DNA of 64,000 nucleotides from Scenedesmus sp. PABB004 (Eukaryota), in the NCBI GenBank assembly GCA_014905635.1, contig JABVCE010000011.1, forward strand, positions 124,001 through 188,000, given 5' to 3'. The notes under the pieces are model-generated. The model had not been told where the DNA came from. It was given only the letters and a program-made list of their open reading frames with translations, and searched no databases. Positions 38,369 through 49,900 of this stretch are shown one piece after another. The first letter of the stretch is position 1; the number at the start of each line of letters is the position of its first letter. A program made the position numbers and the translations under genes.

Positions 38369-40123
38369 TCACTCCCACTGCGGCGGCGGCGGGGGTCGGC
38401 GGTCGGCGCGCGGTCAGCGCGTGAGCGAGCCGTGCGCGCGCGCGCGGACCGCCCTGACCGCACCTCCCCCCAAACCCCCCAGGGCCGCCGCCGCACCTTG
38501 AACGCGCACGCGCGGCCCGCCTCGGCGCCCCACGGCCGGCCCTCGCCGTCCCACAGCACGCTCGCGGTGGTCGGCGACGCGGCGCAGGCCGGCGCGCCGC
38601 CCCAGCGCGGCGGCTCGCCGCCGGCGCCCGCCGTGCCGACCGGCTGCTCGGCGGCGCTGCCAAACGCGCACACCCGCCCGTCGCCCTCCCAGCCCCACAG
38701 GTTGCCGTCGGCGTCGGCCGCGCTCGCGCCCGGGCGGGGCACGCCGGCGCACGCGCGCGCGTCGCGCCAGCGCAGCGCCTCGCCCGCCGCGCCGCCCCTG
38801 AACGCGCACTCGCGCCCGCCCGACCAGCCCAGCAGGCGGCCCTGGGGGTCCACGAGGCTGCCGCCGCGTGTGAGCGCGGTCCGGGCCGGGCACGCCGGCG
38901 CGGCGTCCCAGGCGCCCCCGGCGAGCGGGGTGTAGACGCCCGCGGCGCTGCCCGGCTGCCTGCCGCCGGGCCCGGGCTTGCGCCCGCGCGCCGCCGCTGC
39001 ACCCCCTGCTGCCGCCGGCGCGCCGACGCGCATGCGCGAAGACTGCGGCAGCTCAGGGGCGGCCGCCGCGGCAGCGGCGAAGCCGCCGCTCACTGCTGCG
39101 GCCGGGCCGGCCGGCTGCGCCGCGGCGCCGCCGCCACCGCCGCCTACAGCTGGCGCGGCGGCCGCGCCGCCGGCCGCGCTCGCGCGCGCGCTCAGCTGCC
39201 GCGCGGCGACGGCGGTCCACACGCCGACGCCCACGCCCGCGGCCGTGAGCAGCACCAGCAGCGGCAGCAGCAGGAGCAGGCACGAGCTGCGCTTGTGGCT
39301 GGCGGTGGGGTCAATCCTCGCGACCAGTGCCTTGAACGCTGCGCGCTCCTCGGCGCTGCGCCCGCGCCAGGCGCCACCGCCGCCGCTGCCGCCGCCGCTG
39401 CGCCGGGCGCTGCCGGCCCGCGCGCTGCCGTGCCGCCCCGGTGCCGCCTTGGCGCCCACGGCGCCGTCCGGTGGGCCGCCGCGGCTGCTGTCGTGGCTGC
39501 TGTCGTGGCTGGGCTCGCCGGCCCACAGGCGGGCGCGCTCGCCACTGCAGGCCGGTGGCGCGGGCGCGTCGGCGCCCGGCGCCGGCAGCCGCGCCGGCTC
39601 GGCGGTCGGCGCGCGCGCCGCGAGGTCGGCGGCCTCGGGAGCCCCTCGCGGCGCCAGGTTCCAGCTGAGTGTGCTGCCGCCGGGCCGATGGTCACGCCTG
39701 CCCTGCCCCAGCAGCTCGGCGGTCCGCCGCCGCCCACGGGCGCCGCCTCGCCGCCGCACCCCGGCCGCCCGGCTGCTGCCCCTCGTGCCGGGACGCCGCC
39801 GCCGCCGCAGCGCGCTGCCCGCCGGCGCCGCCCGGGCGGACGGGGCTGCCGCCGCTGCCGCCGCTGTCGACGCTGTGCAGCAGCGCGTGCGCGCCGGCGA
39901 CAGCCGCCGGGCGGGCGCCGCCGGCCGAGCGCTCGGCGTCGTCGCTCTCCGCCTCGGGCGCCGGCGCGGTGCCGATGTAGTCGCTGGCGCGGCCGCGCAG
40001 CTCATCGGAGGCCTGGAGCTGCAGCAGGGCGCTGCGGAACGCCTCCTTGCGCCGCGCCTGGCAGGCCGGGTCGGGCAGCTGCGCGGCAGCGGCGCCGCTC
40101 GCGAGCGGCCCGTGGGCCGGCAT
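38369..40123 (-). CDS. Type II membrane protein with 3 C-terminal CBM10-like repeats (cluster gene C)
   Basis: TM CLLLLLPLLVLLTAAGVGVGVW (~39215-39282). Repeats W..APAC..D..GRL(L/W)GW.GGR.CAFR at ~38497-38910. Last exon WE* at 38377-38369. The 5' exon structure is tentative. Confidence 0.75.
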
Positions 40124-40173
40124 GCCGCCGGCGGGCCGCCCGCTGCTTGCCAACGGCGGGTCGGCGGTGGGTG

Positions 40174-40574
40174 ACGAGCTACGCCAACCCCCTGAAGCTG
40201 CCCTCGCGCTGCCTGCGGCCCCGGGCGCGAGAGGGCGGGCGCCCGCGCGGGACGGGCAGCTCGCTGCCGTCTGCGCGGACCGCAGCAGCTGCAGGGCGTC
40301 GAATCGGGCACGTGAGCGTGATAGAGCGTGCGGGGTGTGGGCGGCGGGACCGCGCGGTCGGGTGGCGCCGAGTGTACCGCGCCCGAGCGCGCCAACCCCT
40401 CGAACCCGACGGTGGGTTGTTGACGGTCGCGTTCTGCGCCCGCTGGAGAGTGTGAGCGACGTGTCGGTTCCGACGCGAGCGCGCCGCACCACGCCGGGGC
40501 GGCGCGCCGGCACGACGCGGCGGCGGCGGCGCGGCCAGGCGCGCGTGCGCACGGTCCGCGCGGGCCCGGCCTGC
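40174..40574. repeat. Copy 1 of a ~400-bp direct duplication (upstream region of gene C)
   Basis: Near-identical by eye to 43287-43685 (acgagctac.ccaacccccTGAAGCTGCCCTCGCGC ... CGGTCCGCGCGGGCCCGGCCTGC). Confidence 0.95.
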
Positions 40575-40675
40575 GCACTCGTTCACAGTTGCACTCTCCG
40601 CCGCCGCCTGGCACGCCAGCTTCAACAACTCACGTTCGTGCGTTCAAGCCCACTGTCGACGGAGGTCCTGCGAGT

Positions 40676-43201
40676 TCAAGCGCTCCAGGGCGTGTAGATG
40701 CCGTCGGTGCCCCCGGCCGCGGTGCCATACTGCAGGCTGAGCTTCAGGGCGCTGTCGGGCATGACGGGAGCGTGCGGCGCCGAGTCGGCGGCCTGCAGCT
40801 GCTTCTCGGCCTGCTCCGCGGCCGGAGCCGGCGCCGGCACCGCCATCGGGGGCACCGGCACCTGCGGCGGCACGGCCTCCTCGCGCGCGGCTTGCTTGAT
40901 GGCCGGCGCCGCGGGCGCCTGCGCAGGCGCCCGCGGCGCATGCGCCGCCCCTGCTGCCGCCGGGCCTGTCGCCGCCGCCACCGCCGGCGCCACGCGGGGC
41001 TTGGCGGAAGCGGCGAGGGCCGCCGTGGGCGGCTCATCGCCGGCAGCCGTCGGCTCCGCCGCGCGCCCCGCCGCCACCGCGCCGTCGGCCGGCTTGCTGT
41101 CGCTGCCCTGCTTCTCCTCCTGGTCCCCGGTCGCATCAGTCGCCGCAGCGCCGCCGTCACGGCCGGCGGCCGGCGCGCCAGCGTCGGGGCGGGGCGCGTC
41201 ACCGTCGGCGGGCGCCGGCCGAGCCTCGGCTGCGCCTTCCTCGCCGCCGGCCACCAGCACCAGCGGTGCGCCCGCGCTCAGCGGCGCGGCCTTGGACCGG
41301 ACCGCCGGCACGCCAAAAAAGGCCGCGAGCGGTGCCGCGAGTGCGGCGGGCGTCTTGTTGACCACGCCTGCGAGCGTCGTGCCGCGCTGCGCTGCGTCGA
41401 CCAGGCCGACGGCGACCAGCGCCGTGACGGTGACGGCGCCGCTGCGCGGCTCCGCCTCGGCGGCGGCGGTCGCCGCCGCCTCTGCCGCCGCCGCCACCGC
41501 CGCCGCGCTGCTGGCGGTCGCGAAGGGCTGCGCCGCCGCGATCGCGTCGGCCAGGGCCTCCGAGGGCGGCGCGGCGCTGCCGGCGCCGAGCAGCTGGCGC
41601 GACGCGGGCAGCGGCGCCGCAACCGTGACCGCCGGCTGCGCCGCCAGCGCCCCGCCGCCGCCGCACTGGATCGCCGCCACGTCGCCCGGCCACACGGGCA
41701 GGCGCAGCGCGGTGGAATAGGCGGTGGCGACCGCGCGCTGGAAGTCGGCGACGCGGCGCTCGGTGCCGAACCAAGCGCGGCAGGCCTCGGCCTGCGCCGC
41801 TGCCGGACCGCCGCCGCCGCCGCCGCCGGGCGGCACGGTCACAGTCAGCTGGAACGCGAGCGGCGCCGGCCGGGCGGCCGAAACGACAGCTGCGGCGCGC
41901 GCGGCGCTGGCCCGCAGCACGACGCCGAGCCACACGCCCAGCGCGCCGGCGCCCAGCACCAGCACCAGCGCGAGCGCGAGCTTGAACGCCGCGCAGCGCC
42001 CGCAGCCGCCGGCGGCGCGCCGCGGCGGCGCGTCGCCGGCCTTGACTGGCGTGCGCGGCGCGGCGCCGCCGCCCTTGGTGGGGCCGCCAGCGCCGCCGCC
42101 GCTGCTGCAGCTGCTGCGCCGCACGCGGATGGCGAGGGGCGCCGCTTCCGCGCGGCTGGCGCCGTCCTCGCCGTGCGCCAACCCCGGCGCGCCTGCGCCA
42201 GACAGGCCGCCGCCAGCGCAGCCGCCCAGCACCGCCGCGCAGGCGCCGCCGCCCAGGGGCTCGCGGCAGTCCCCGCCGCCGCCGCGGCTGGGCGCGCTGC
42301 AGCTGCCGCCGAGGCTGCCGTCGAGCTGAGCAGGACCAACGTCCCCCGCTTGCGCGGCGGCCATGGCCAGCTCGCCGTCGCTCTCCAACTCGGCGTGCTG
42401 CGACCACAGCTCCAGGTCGGCCGAGTCGAGCCGGCAGCTGCTGCTCGCACTCAGTCGCGCCGCGCCCCGGCCCAGCGCCGCCGCAAGCGCCGGCGGCGTG
42501 CAGCCTGGCACGGCGAGTCCGTCGCCGTCGCCGGCGGCCGCACCCAGCGCCGCCGCACCCGGCGCGGGGGTCAGCAGGGCGTCGGAGGACGAGCCGCCGG
42601 CCGCGCCCGTGCGCCGGATGCACACGCCTGAGTCGGCCGAGCGCGCCGGCCCGGGGCCTGCGCCGGGCGGCGGCGCGGGGTGCCAGCTGGCCACAAACAC
42701 GCTGCCCCCGCGACGCCCGCCCCCGGCCACAGCGGCCCGCTGCTGCGGCTCCGGGGCGGCGGCGCGGCCGGCCGGCGGGGCGCACTCGGCGCCACGGTCG
42801 GCGCTGGGTGCGGCTGCGACCGGGCTGGCAGCGGCGGCCACGGCCGCCGGCGCCTGCTTAGCCCCGACATCGCCGCGCTGCAGGCTGGCGGCGCGGCGCT
42901 GGGGGCTGGCGCCGCGGCGCTGGGGGCTGGCGGCGCCGCGGTGGGGGCTGGCGGCGCGGCGCTGCGGGCTGGCGGCGCCGCGGTGGGGGCTGGCGGCGCG
43001 GCGCTGGGGGCTGGCAGCACGCGCACCCGCGCAGCTGCTGTTGGGCCTGCCGCCGCGCGCCGCCTTGGCGGTGCCCCGCTGCGGCTGCTGTTGCTGCTGT
43101 TGCTGCTGTTGCTGCTGTTGCTGCTGCTGCTGCTGCGAAGGGTCTTGCTGCATGTGGGGCGCTGCCGCCCGGTAGTTCCACGGGGGCAGAGTCAGACCCA
43201 T
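40676..43201 (-). CDS. Type II membrane protein with a SEA-like domain and Pro/Ala linker, without CBM repeats (cluster gene B)
   Basis: Single 841-aa ORF. TM FKLALALVLVLGAGALGVWLGVVL, then a domain homologous to gene A (PLAFQLTV..C..F..RQLL..LAAPLAAFFGVP). Ends GIYTPWSA*. Confidence 0.75.
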   Translation of the reverse strand: MGLTLPPWNYRAAAPHMQQDPSQQQQQQQQQQQQQQQQQPQRGTAKAARGGRPNSSCAGARAASPQRRAASPHRGAASPQRRAASPHRGAASPQRRGASPQRRAASLQRGDVGAKQAPAAVAAAASPVAAAPSADRGAECAPPAGRAAAPEPQQRAAVAGGGRRGGSVFVASWHPAPPPGAGPGPARSADSGVCIRRTGAAGGSSSDALLTPAPGAAALGAAAGDGDGLAVPGCTPPALAAALGRGAARLSASSSCRLDSADLELWSQHAELESDGELAMAAAQAGDVGPAQLDGSLGGSCSAPSRGGGGDCREPLGGGACAAVLGGCAGGGLSGAGAPGLAHGEDGASRAEAAPLAIRVRRSSCSSGGGAGGPTKGGGAAPRTPVKAGDAPPRRAAGGCGRCAAFKLALALVLVLGAGALGVWLGVVLRASAARAAAVVSAARPAPLAFQLTVTVPPGGGGGGGPAAAQAEACRAWFGTERRVADFQRAVATAYSTALRLPVWPGDVAAIQCGGGGALAAQPAVTVAAPLPASRQLLGAGSAAPPSEALADAIAAAQPFATASSAAAVAAAAEAAATAAAEAEPRSGAVTVTALVAVGLVDAAQRGTTLAGVVNKTPAALAAPLAAFFGVPAVRSKAAPLSAGAPLVLVAGGEEGAAEARPAPADGDAPRPDAGAPAAGRDGGAAATDATGDQEEKQGSDSKPADGAVAAGRAAEPTAAGDEPPTAALAASAKPRVAPAVAAATGPAAAGAAHAPRAPAQAPAAPAIKQAAREEAVPPQVPVPPMAVPAPAPAAEQAEKQLQAADSAPHAPVMPDSALKLSLQYGTAAGGTDGIYTPWSA
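42880..43017 (-). repeat. Coding 21-bp tandem repeat (AASPQRR/AASPHRG) x6
   Basis: Repeated gctggcggcgcggcgctgggg / gctggcggcgccgcggtgggg units. Confidence 0.85.
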
Positions 43202-43286
43202 CGTGGGCGACCAGCCGACGCTGCACGCTGCGACGAGCTCGCTCCGCGGGCGCCCCGAGCTCCTGCGCTGCTGTTGGGAGGGGGGA

Positions 43287-43685
43287 ACGAGCTACTCCAA
43301 CCCCCTGAAGCTGCCCTCGCGCTGCCTGCGGCCCCGGGCGCGAGAGGGCGGGCGCCCGCGTGGGACGGGCAGCTCGCTGCCGTCTGCGCGGCCCGCAGCT
43401 GCTGCAGGGCGTCGAATCGGGCGCGTGAGCCTGATAGAGCGTGCGGGGTGTGGGCGGCGGGACCGCGCGGTCGGGGTGGCGCCGAGTGTACCGCGCCCGA
43501 GCGCGCCAACCCCTCGAACCCGACGGTGGCGTACTGGCGGTCGCGTTCTGCGCCCGCTGGAGAGTGTGAGCGACGTGTCGGTTCCGACGCGAGCGCGCCG
43601 CACCACGCCGGGGCGGCGCGCCGGCACGCGGCGGCGGCGGCGCGGCCAGGCGCGCGTGCGCACGGTCCGCGCGGGCCCGGCCTGC
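43287..43685. repeat. Copy 2 of the ~400-bp direct duplication (upstream region of gene B)
   Basis: Matches 40174-40574 with few substitutions or indels. Confidence 0.95.
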
Positions 43686-43968
43686 TGCGTGCTTGTTTAC
43701 CGGATGCAGGCCCAAGTCAATACAGATCATTTCCTCGGCGGGCGGGGAGCCGGCGCCAGCTCACCCAGAGGCGGGGCCTAGAATGCATGCGGCGCGCAGG
43801 TCAAGGTCAAGGTGCCAACGAGAAGCGCTGCTCACACCAGGTTCGAGGTCAAAAGCTATCGCCGCCACTTGTAAGGGTGCGTTTGCCCCCCCCCCCTCAC
43901 CCCCCGCTCCCGCCCCTCAGCGGGCGCACGCCCCCGCGGGCCGCCGCCGCGTCGCAACGTCGACCGCG

Positions 43969-46900
43969 TCACGCCGGGAGCTGCCCCCGGACCGCGCCGC
44001 CGGCGGCGAGGAACTTGCAGCTCTCGTTGCTCTCCCAGCCCCACAGCCGGCCCTCGGTGTCGGCGACCGACGTGTAGAGCGTGGGCGGGGCGCTGCACAC
44101 CGGCGCGGTCTCCCAGCGCGGCTGGGTGTAGTAGCCCGACCGGAAGGTGCAGCGCCGCCCGCCCTCCCAGCCCCAGCGCAGGCCCTTGGCCGCCGGCACC
44201 GAGTTGGTCGGCGTCGGGCTGCCGGAGCACATCGGCGCCCCCGCGACGTCCGCGGCGCCCGCGGCGGCCGCCGCCGCGGCGGCCGCGCCGGGCGGCGCAT
44301 CGCGGAACGCGCAGCTGCGCCCGCCGGCCCAGCCCCACAGCCGGCCATCGGCGTCGGGCACGCTCGTCCCCGGCGTCGGCGGCCCGGGGCACGCCTCGGC
44401 GCTGGCCCAGCTGAAGCGCACGGGGTCGAGCTCGCCGTTGGGCGTCTCCTCCCTGAACGCGCACGAGCTGCCCTGCTGCCAGCCCCACAGCCGGCCGTCG
44501 GCGTCGGGCTCGCTGTTGCGCGACGTCGGCGCAAAGCCGCACGTCGGCGCGAGCGACCAGATGACGGTGAGGTGCTCGCCGTCGGGCAGCTTTGGCGCCG
44601 CGCTCGGCCGCGCCGGCGCCTTGGCCGGCGGCGCGGGGCGGGGCAGCGCGCCCTTGGCCGGCGGCGCCGCCGGCGCGCGCGGCGCCGGCGGGCGCGGCGC
44701 GGTGGCGTTGGCTGCGCCCCCGGCCGGCGCCGCCGTCGCGTTGGCCGCCGGCGGCGCGGCGGGCAGCGGCGAGCGGGTCGCGTTGGCGACGACCGTCGTC
44801 GTCGCGACCGGCAGCGGCGCCGGCGGCGGCGCCGCCCGCGGCACGACCGGCGCGCCGCCCGGCGCCGGCGCCGGCAGGCCGCCCTGCGGGGGGCGCAGGT
44901 ACCGCCCGCCCTCGACCGTCACCGGCACGCCAAACAGGTCGCTCAGCGGGGCCGCCAGGATGTCGCCGGGGCTCTTGGTGAGCTTGTCGATCAGCGCTTG
45001 CTGCTCCTCCAGCGTGGCCGGCGCGGGGACGGTGAACACGGTGGTCAGCGTGGCGGGGTCGGGGCCCGCCTGCGCGAGGCGCCGCCGAGCACTGCCGCCG
45101 CCGCCGCCGCCCGCCAGCCCCAGCAGCGCGCGCCGGTGCGCGGGCCGCGGCGGCGGCGCCGGCGCGGCGGCGCCGCTGACGCCGGCAAAGGTGAGGCCGT
45201 CGCAGGAGACGCTGTTGACGCGCACGTCGCTGGCGTTGAGCGCCAGCGCAGAGGCGATTGAGCCGCTGAAGACGCCAAGGTAGCTGCGCAGGGGCTGGCA
45301 GCGCGCGCGGGGCGGAGGCGGGGCGGGGCGGGGCGGGGGCGCGTCGGCACGCAGCGGCGGCGCGTACGCCGCGGGCGCCCGCGCCGCGCGCGCAAGCGTG
45401 GCGGCGGCGGCGCGCGCTCACCACCGCGCCGCTGCTGTTGCCGCCGCGCCGCGGCGGGCCGCCGAGGTTGAACAGCTCCGAGCAGGTGCGCCCCGTGGCG
45501 TCCTGCGGAAGGCGCTGGTTGACGGCGAACGTCATCGGGCTGCCCGGCGGCAGGGCGACCGCCTTCTTGGCCGCGCCGCGCCGCCCGACGGCCTGCCAGA
45601 TGCCGATGCCGCCGCCGGCGAGCGCGAGGACCGCCAGCAGCGGCAGCAGCACGCACAGCACGCGCTGGCAGCGCGTGCGCGGGCGCCGCGGGCCGCGCTC
45701 GCGGCGCTTGCACGCGGGCGGCGCCGCGCCGCCGGCCGAGCCCGCGGCCGAGCCGGGGCCCGCCGGCGGGCGCGGCGGCGGCTGCGGCGGCTGGCCCTGC
45801 TGGGAGCTGTGCCGGCTGCTCGCGTCCCAGGCTGCCATCTTGTAAACGCCTGCGGGCAGCGCAGCAGGGCAGCCGTGGGGCGGTGACAGTGCGCCGCGGG
45901 CGCCGCGCCCAGGCCTGGCGTCGGCGCCCTACCGCCGCTGGCCCAGCGCCGCGCCGCGCACCTGCGAGCGCCGCGACGCCGCCCGCGCCGGCCACGGCCG
46001 CAGCCGCGCCGCCCTTGCTGCCGGCGCGGGCCTTGGCCTGGGGGTCCAGGTCCTCGCCCGCGCCGCCCTCGCTGCCCTCCAGCGCGGCCGCGGCCGCCGC
46101 GCCGGCCGCCACCGCGCCGCCGCCCAGGCTGGACGTGGCCGCCGCGCGCCCGGTGCGCCGCCGCGCGCCCTCCGCGCCGACCGGCTGCACCTCGCCCGCC
46201 GGGCGCGCGGCGTCGGCCGAGCCCGGCTTGCTGCGGACCGCGGCGCTGCCGCCCGCAGCGCTGCCGCCAGCGGCGCCAGCGACCGCACCGGCCGCGCCCG
46301 CCGCCGCGGCGCCGCCCGCGAGCGCCGCAGCGTGCGGCGCGCGCCCCTCGGAGAGCTCGGACGAGGCCTGCGACCCGGAGAGGCCGGCGGACGCCTCGGC
46401 GTCCACAAACACGGGCAGGCCGTCGGAGCCGGATGTCCGGCTCGGCACGGGGCTCGGCGGCGCGTCGGCGGGCGCGAGCGTGTGCGGCAGGCTCATCGGC
46501 GTCAGGGGCGACCCGTAGGCAGAGTGCGCGCTGGGGCTGCTGCCGCCGCTGCCGGTGGCGTCGGGCCGCGCGCCCAGCGCGGCGACGCCCGCGGCGCCCG
46601 CGGCCGCGAGCGCCCCGAGGCCGCCCGCCGCGGCGAGCGCGGCGCCGGGCGCGCCGGCGCGCGCGGGCGGGGCGCGCGCCTCTGCGGCAGCCTCGTCGGC
46701 GAGCTGGTCCAGCGAGGCGGCCGCCGGCGCGGGCGGCGCGATGGCCGCCGCCGCACCCGCCGCCGGCGCCGCAAGGGGCGTCGCCCGCGCGCCGGGCGAG
46801 CCGCGGGGGGCGGTGACTGCTGCAGCTGCTGCGCCGCCTGCTGCAGCTGCACCTGCTGCGCCGCCCGGCGCTGCGTCTGCAGGCGCGCCAGGCCCTGCGG

Positions 46901-49900
46901 CGCGCCGCTGCCGCCCACCGCCGCGCCGGCCCCTGCCGGCGCCGCGGCGCCGGCGTCGGGCTCGGCACGCCCGCCCGCCGAGGCCTCCTCTTGCTGCTGG
47001 GGCGCCGCGGGACCGCGCGGCGCAGCGCTGGTCGCCTCGCCGCCGGCCGCGCCGCCGCCCGACTGCCGGCCGCCGCCCCAGAGTGAGCCGCCCAGTGACC
47101 AGAGGCCGGCGAGGACGCCGCCGCCCGAGCCGCGCCGCGAGCCCTGCTCGCTGCGGCGCGCCGCGGCCGCCGCGGCTGCGGCCGCCTCGGCCTCCGCCGC
47201 GCGCGCGGCCGCCGCCTCCTGCTGCTGCGTGGTGCCGGTGGTGGACGTCCCGCTGCCCAGCGGGCTGCCCTCCACGGCGGCCAGGTCAATGGGCGTGCCG
47301 GGGCGCAGCGCGCCGCCCGCCGCGGCGCCCGACAGCTCCGCCCGCCGGGGCGGCTGGCCGGCGCCCGCGTCGCCGGCGCCGGCGACGTCGCCCAGCGTCG
47401 GCGGGCTCGCCGGCGGCGCCTGCGCGCCACGGCGCTGCACCGCGGCGCCGGCCGCGACCGCTGCGGCCGCGGCCACCGCGGCGCCCGCGCCAGCCGCCGC
47501 GCCGCGGGACGGCGCCGGCTCTGGCACGCTCGGCGGCGGGGCACGTGACACGCCGGCGCCGGCGCGGCCCGCTGCCGCAGCTGCCGCGCTGCTGCTACCG
47601 CCCGCGCCGCCCGGCTGGCCCCCGGCCCGGCCGCTGCCTCGGCGCTGGCCGGGCGCGCGCCACTGGCCTGGCTGGAGGAGGCCTTGCCTGACGACTTGGG
47701 CAGCCAGCTGTCGCTGGTGCCGTCCTCGTCCGACGACTCCAGGTCGATGATGAGCGGACGCGCCTGGGGGCTGCCCGCCCGCGGCCCCAGCGCGACCGCG
47801 ACGGCCGCCGTGGCCGCGCCGACGCCGGCGGCCGCGGCGGCGCCGCCGGCGGCGGCCGCGCCCGGCGACGTCGGCCCGGGCGCGCCGCCCGAGCTGTGGC
47901 CGCGCAGGCGCAGGTGCGTGCCGACCACGCCCTCGGCCACGACCGAGCGGTCGGAGCGCTCGCCCGGGTCTGCCTCCACCGAGCCGCCGACGCTGCCGCT
48001 GCGGCTGAGCAGGCGGCCGCCGCCGCCGCTGGATGAGATCCGCCGGGGCGGCGTCGGCGAGGTCGGCCACGCCGCCCCGCGCCGCGCCGGCCCGGCGCGC
48101 CCGGGGCTGAGCGGGCTGGTGGGCCCGCTGGTGGGGCTCACGCTGCCGCCGGGCAGCGCGAGGCGCGGCGACGAGGCGGTGCTGCCGCCCAGGCTGCGCC
48201 CGCCGTCGGCGCTCGCGCGCGGCGTGCGCCAGGACGCGTCGACGCTCGTGCGCGGCGAGCGCCACGGCGGCGGCGTCGTGTCCCCGCTGTGCGCGCTCGT
48301 GCGCGGGCTGCGCCCCGTCGCGGCCCACTGCGCCTGGCGCAGCCGCACGTAGTCCTGCGCCACGCGCGCCTCCGGGCTCGAGGGGCTGCGGGGGCTGGTC
48401 GGCGTGGCGCGGCCCGAGCGCGGCGCCGCGGCGGGCAGGGTCGTCGTCCAGCCCGCGACCGCCGCGACCGCCGCGCCCGCCGACAGCTCGCCCGCGCCCG
48501 CCCTGCCCGCCGCGGCGGCCGCGCGCGGCGCCGCAGGCGGCGCCGCAGGCGGGCCCTGCGACGACGACGGCGACGGCTGCGGCGGCTGCCGGGGCGCGGG
48601 CTCCGGACTCGCCGGCAGCGCAGCCGGCTCCGGCGGCAGGGCCGCCGGCGCCGGCGCCGGCGCCGGCGCCGGCGCCGCGTCGGGCTTGTCCGGCAGCAGC
48701 CTGCCAGACCTGGTGCGCCCGCCCAGGCCAAAGGTGAACCACTTGCCGCTGCCGCCACTGCCGCCCTTGCTGCCCGTGCGGCGCAGGCCGCTGGCGCCCG
48801 GCGGCGCGTCGGGCTCGCTCGCGGTCGCAGCAATGAACGCAGCGATGCCGCCGCCGGCCGCACCCGCCGCCGCCGCCCCCGCCGCCGCCGCCGAGGCCGC
48901 GCCGCCCGCAGAGGCCGCGCCCGCGCCGGAGCGCTGCTCGTCGGCCTCCGTGATGCGCCGCGGCACCGCGCTGGGGCCGGCCGGCGGCGCGCCGCCGACG
49001 CCCGGCTCGGCGGCAGGGGACGCGTAGTAGCGCGCCGCCGGCGGCGCGAGCGCGGTGCCCGAGCCGGTGCTCGCGGTGCGGCCGAGGCGCGGCGAGCGCG
49101 CCGACGCGGCGCCGCCGTCCGGCAGCTCCCCGCTGGGCGCGCGCGACGCGCGCTCCTCGATCTGCGCGGCCACCTTGCGCACGACGCTCTCGCCGCCCGG
49201 CGCGGTGCCCGGCAGCGAGGGGTGCTGCGGGCGCGGGCTGGGCTGCGGGCTGACCAGCACGCCCTCGGACTCGGCCGCGGTGGGCTGGCCGACCGCCGCA
49301 AACGCGGCGGCAAAGCGCTTCACCGCGCCCGCCGGCACCGGCGCGGGCGTGGCGGTCGTGGGCGACTCGCCGGCCGGCGGGCCCGCGGCCGCCGCGGCCG
49401 CAAACGCCGACGACCCGCCGCCGCCGCCGCCGCCGGCCGGCCACCAGGCGCCGCCGCGCGCGGTGGGGCTGTCGGCGCCCGCCGGCACGACGATGGGCGG
49501 CGCGGGGCGCGGCGAGCGGCGCGGGCTGGCCACGGGGCTGCCGCCCGGCGGCGCCGCCTCCTGCGCGGACTGCGCCGCGAACGCCGCCGCGACGCGCTTG
49601 ACGGCCGACTCGCCGGCCGCGGCCGACTGCGGCGTGCCGGGCGCGGCGTAGGGCGCGACCCGGGGGCTGGGGCCCGCCCCCGGCAGCGACGCGCCCGCGC
49701 CGGCGCCGGCGGTGGCCGCAAACGCGGCGCCAGCGGCGACCGCGCTGACCTGGCGCGGCGTGGGCAGCGGGCTGCCGGACTGGCGGCTGCCCGTGCCCGC
49801 GCGCTGCTCGCCGCCGACGCCGGCCGCGGCGAGCGCCGCGGCGTAGCGCCGCGCCGCCTGGCTGCTGTACGCGCCGCGCGAGACGAACAGCGGCTTGCTC

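Noticed and set aside
40640..40680. TGA readthrough or selenocysteine extending gene B into gene C
   Set aside because: Further stops follow within ~20 codons in the plausible frames, and the duplicated upstream region intervenes.
40174..43685. LTR retrotransposon bounded by ~400-bp direct repeats
   Set aside because: No TG..CA termini, PBS/PPT or gag/pol; the interior is a host membrane-protein gene.
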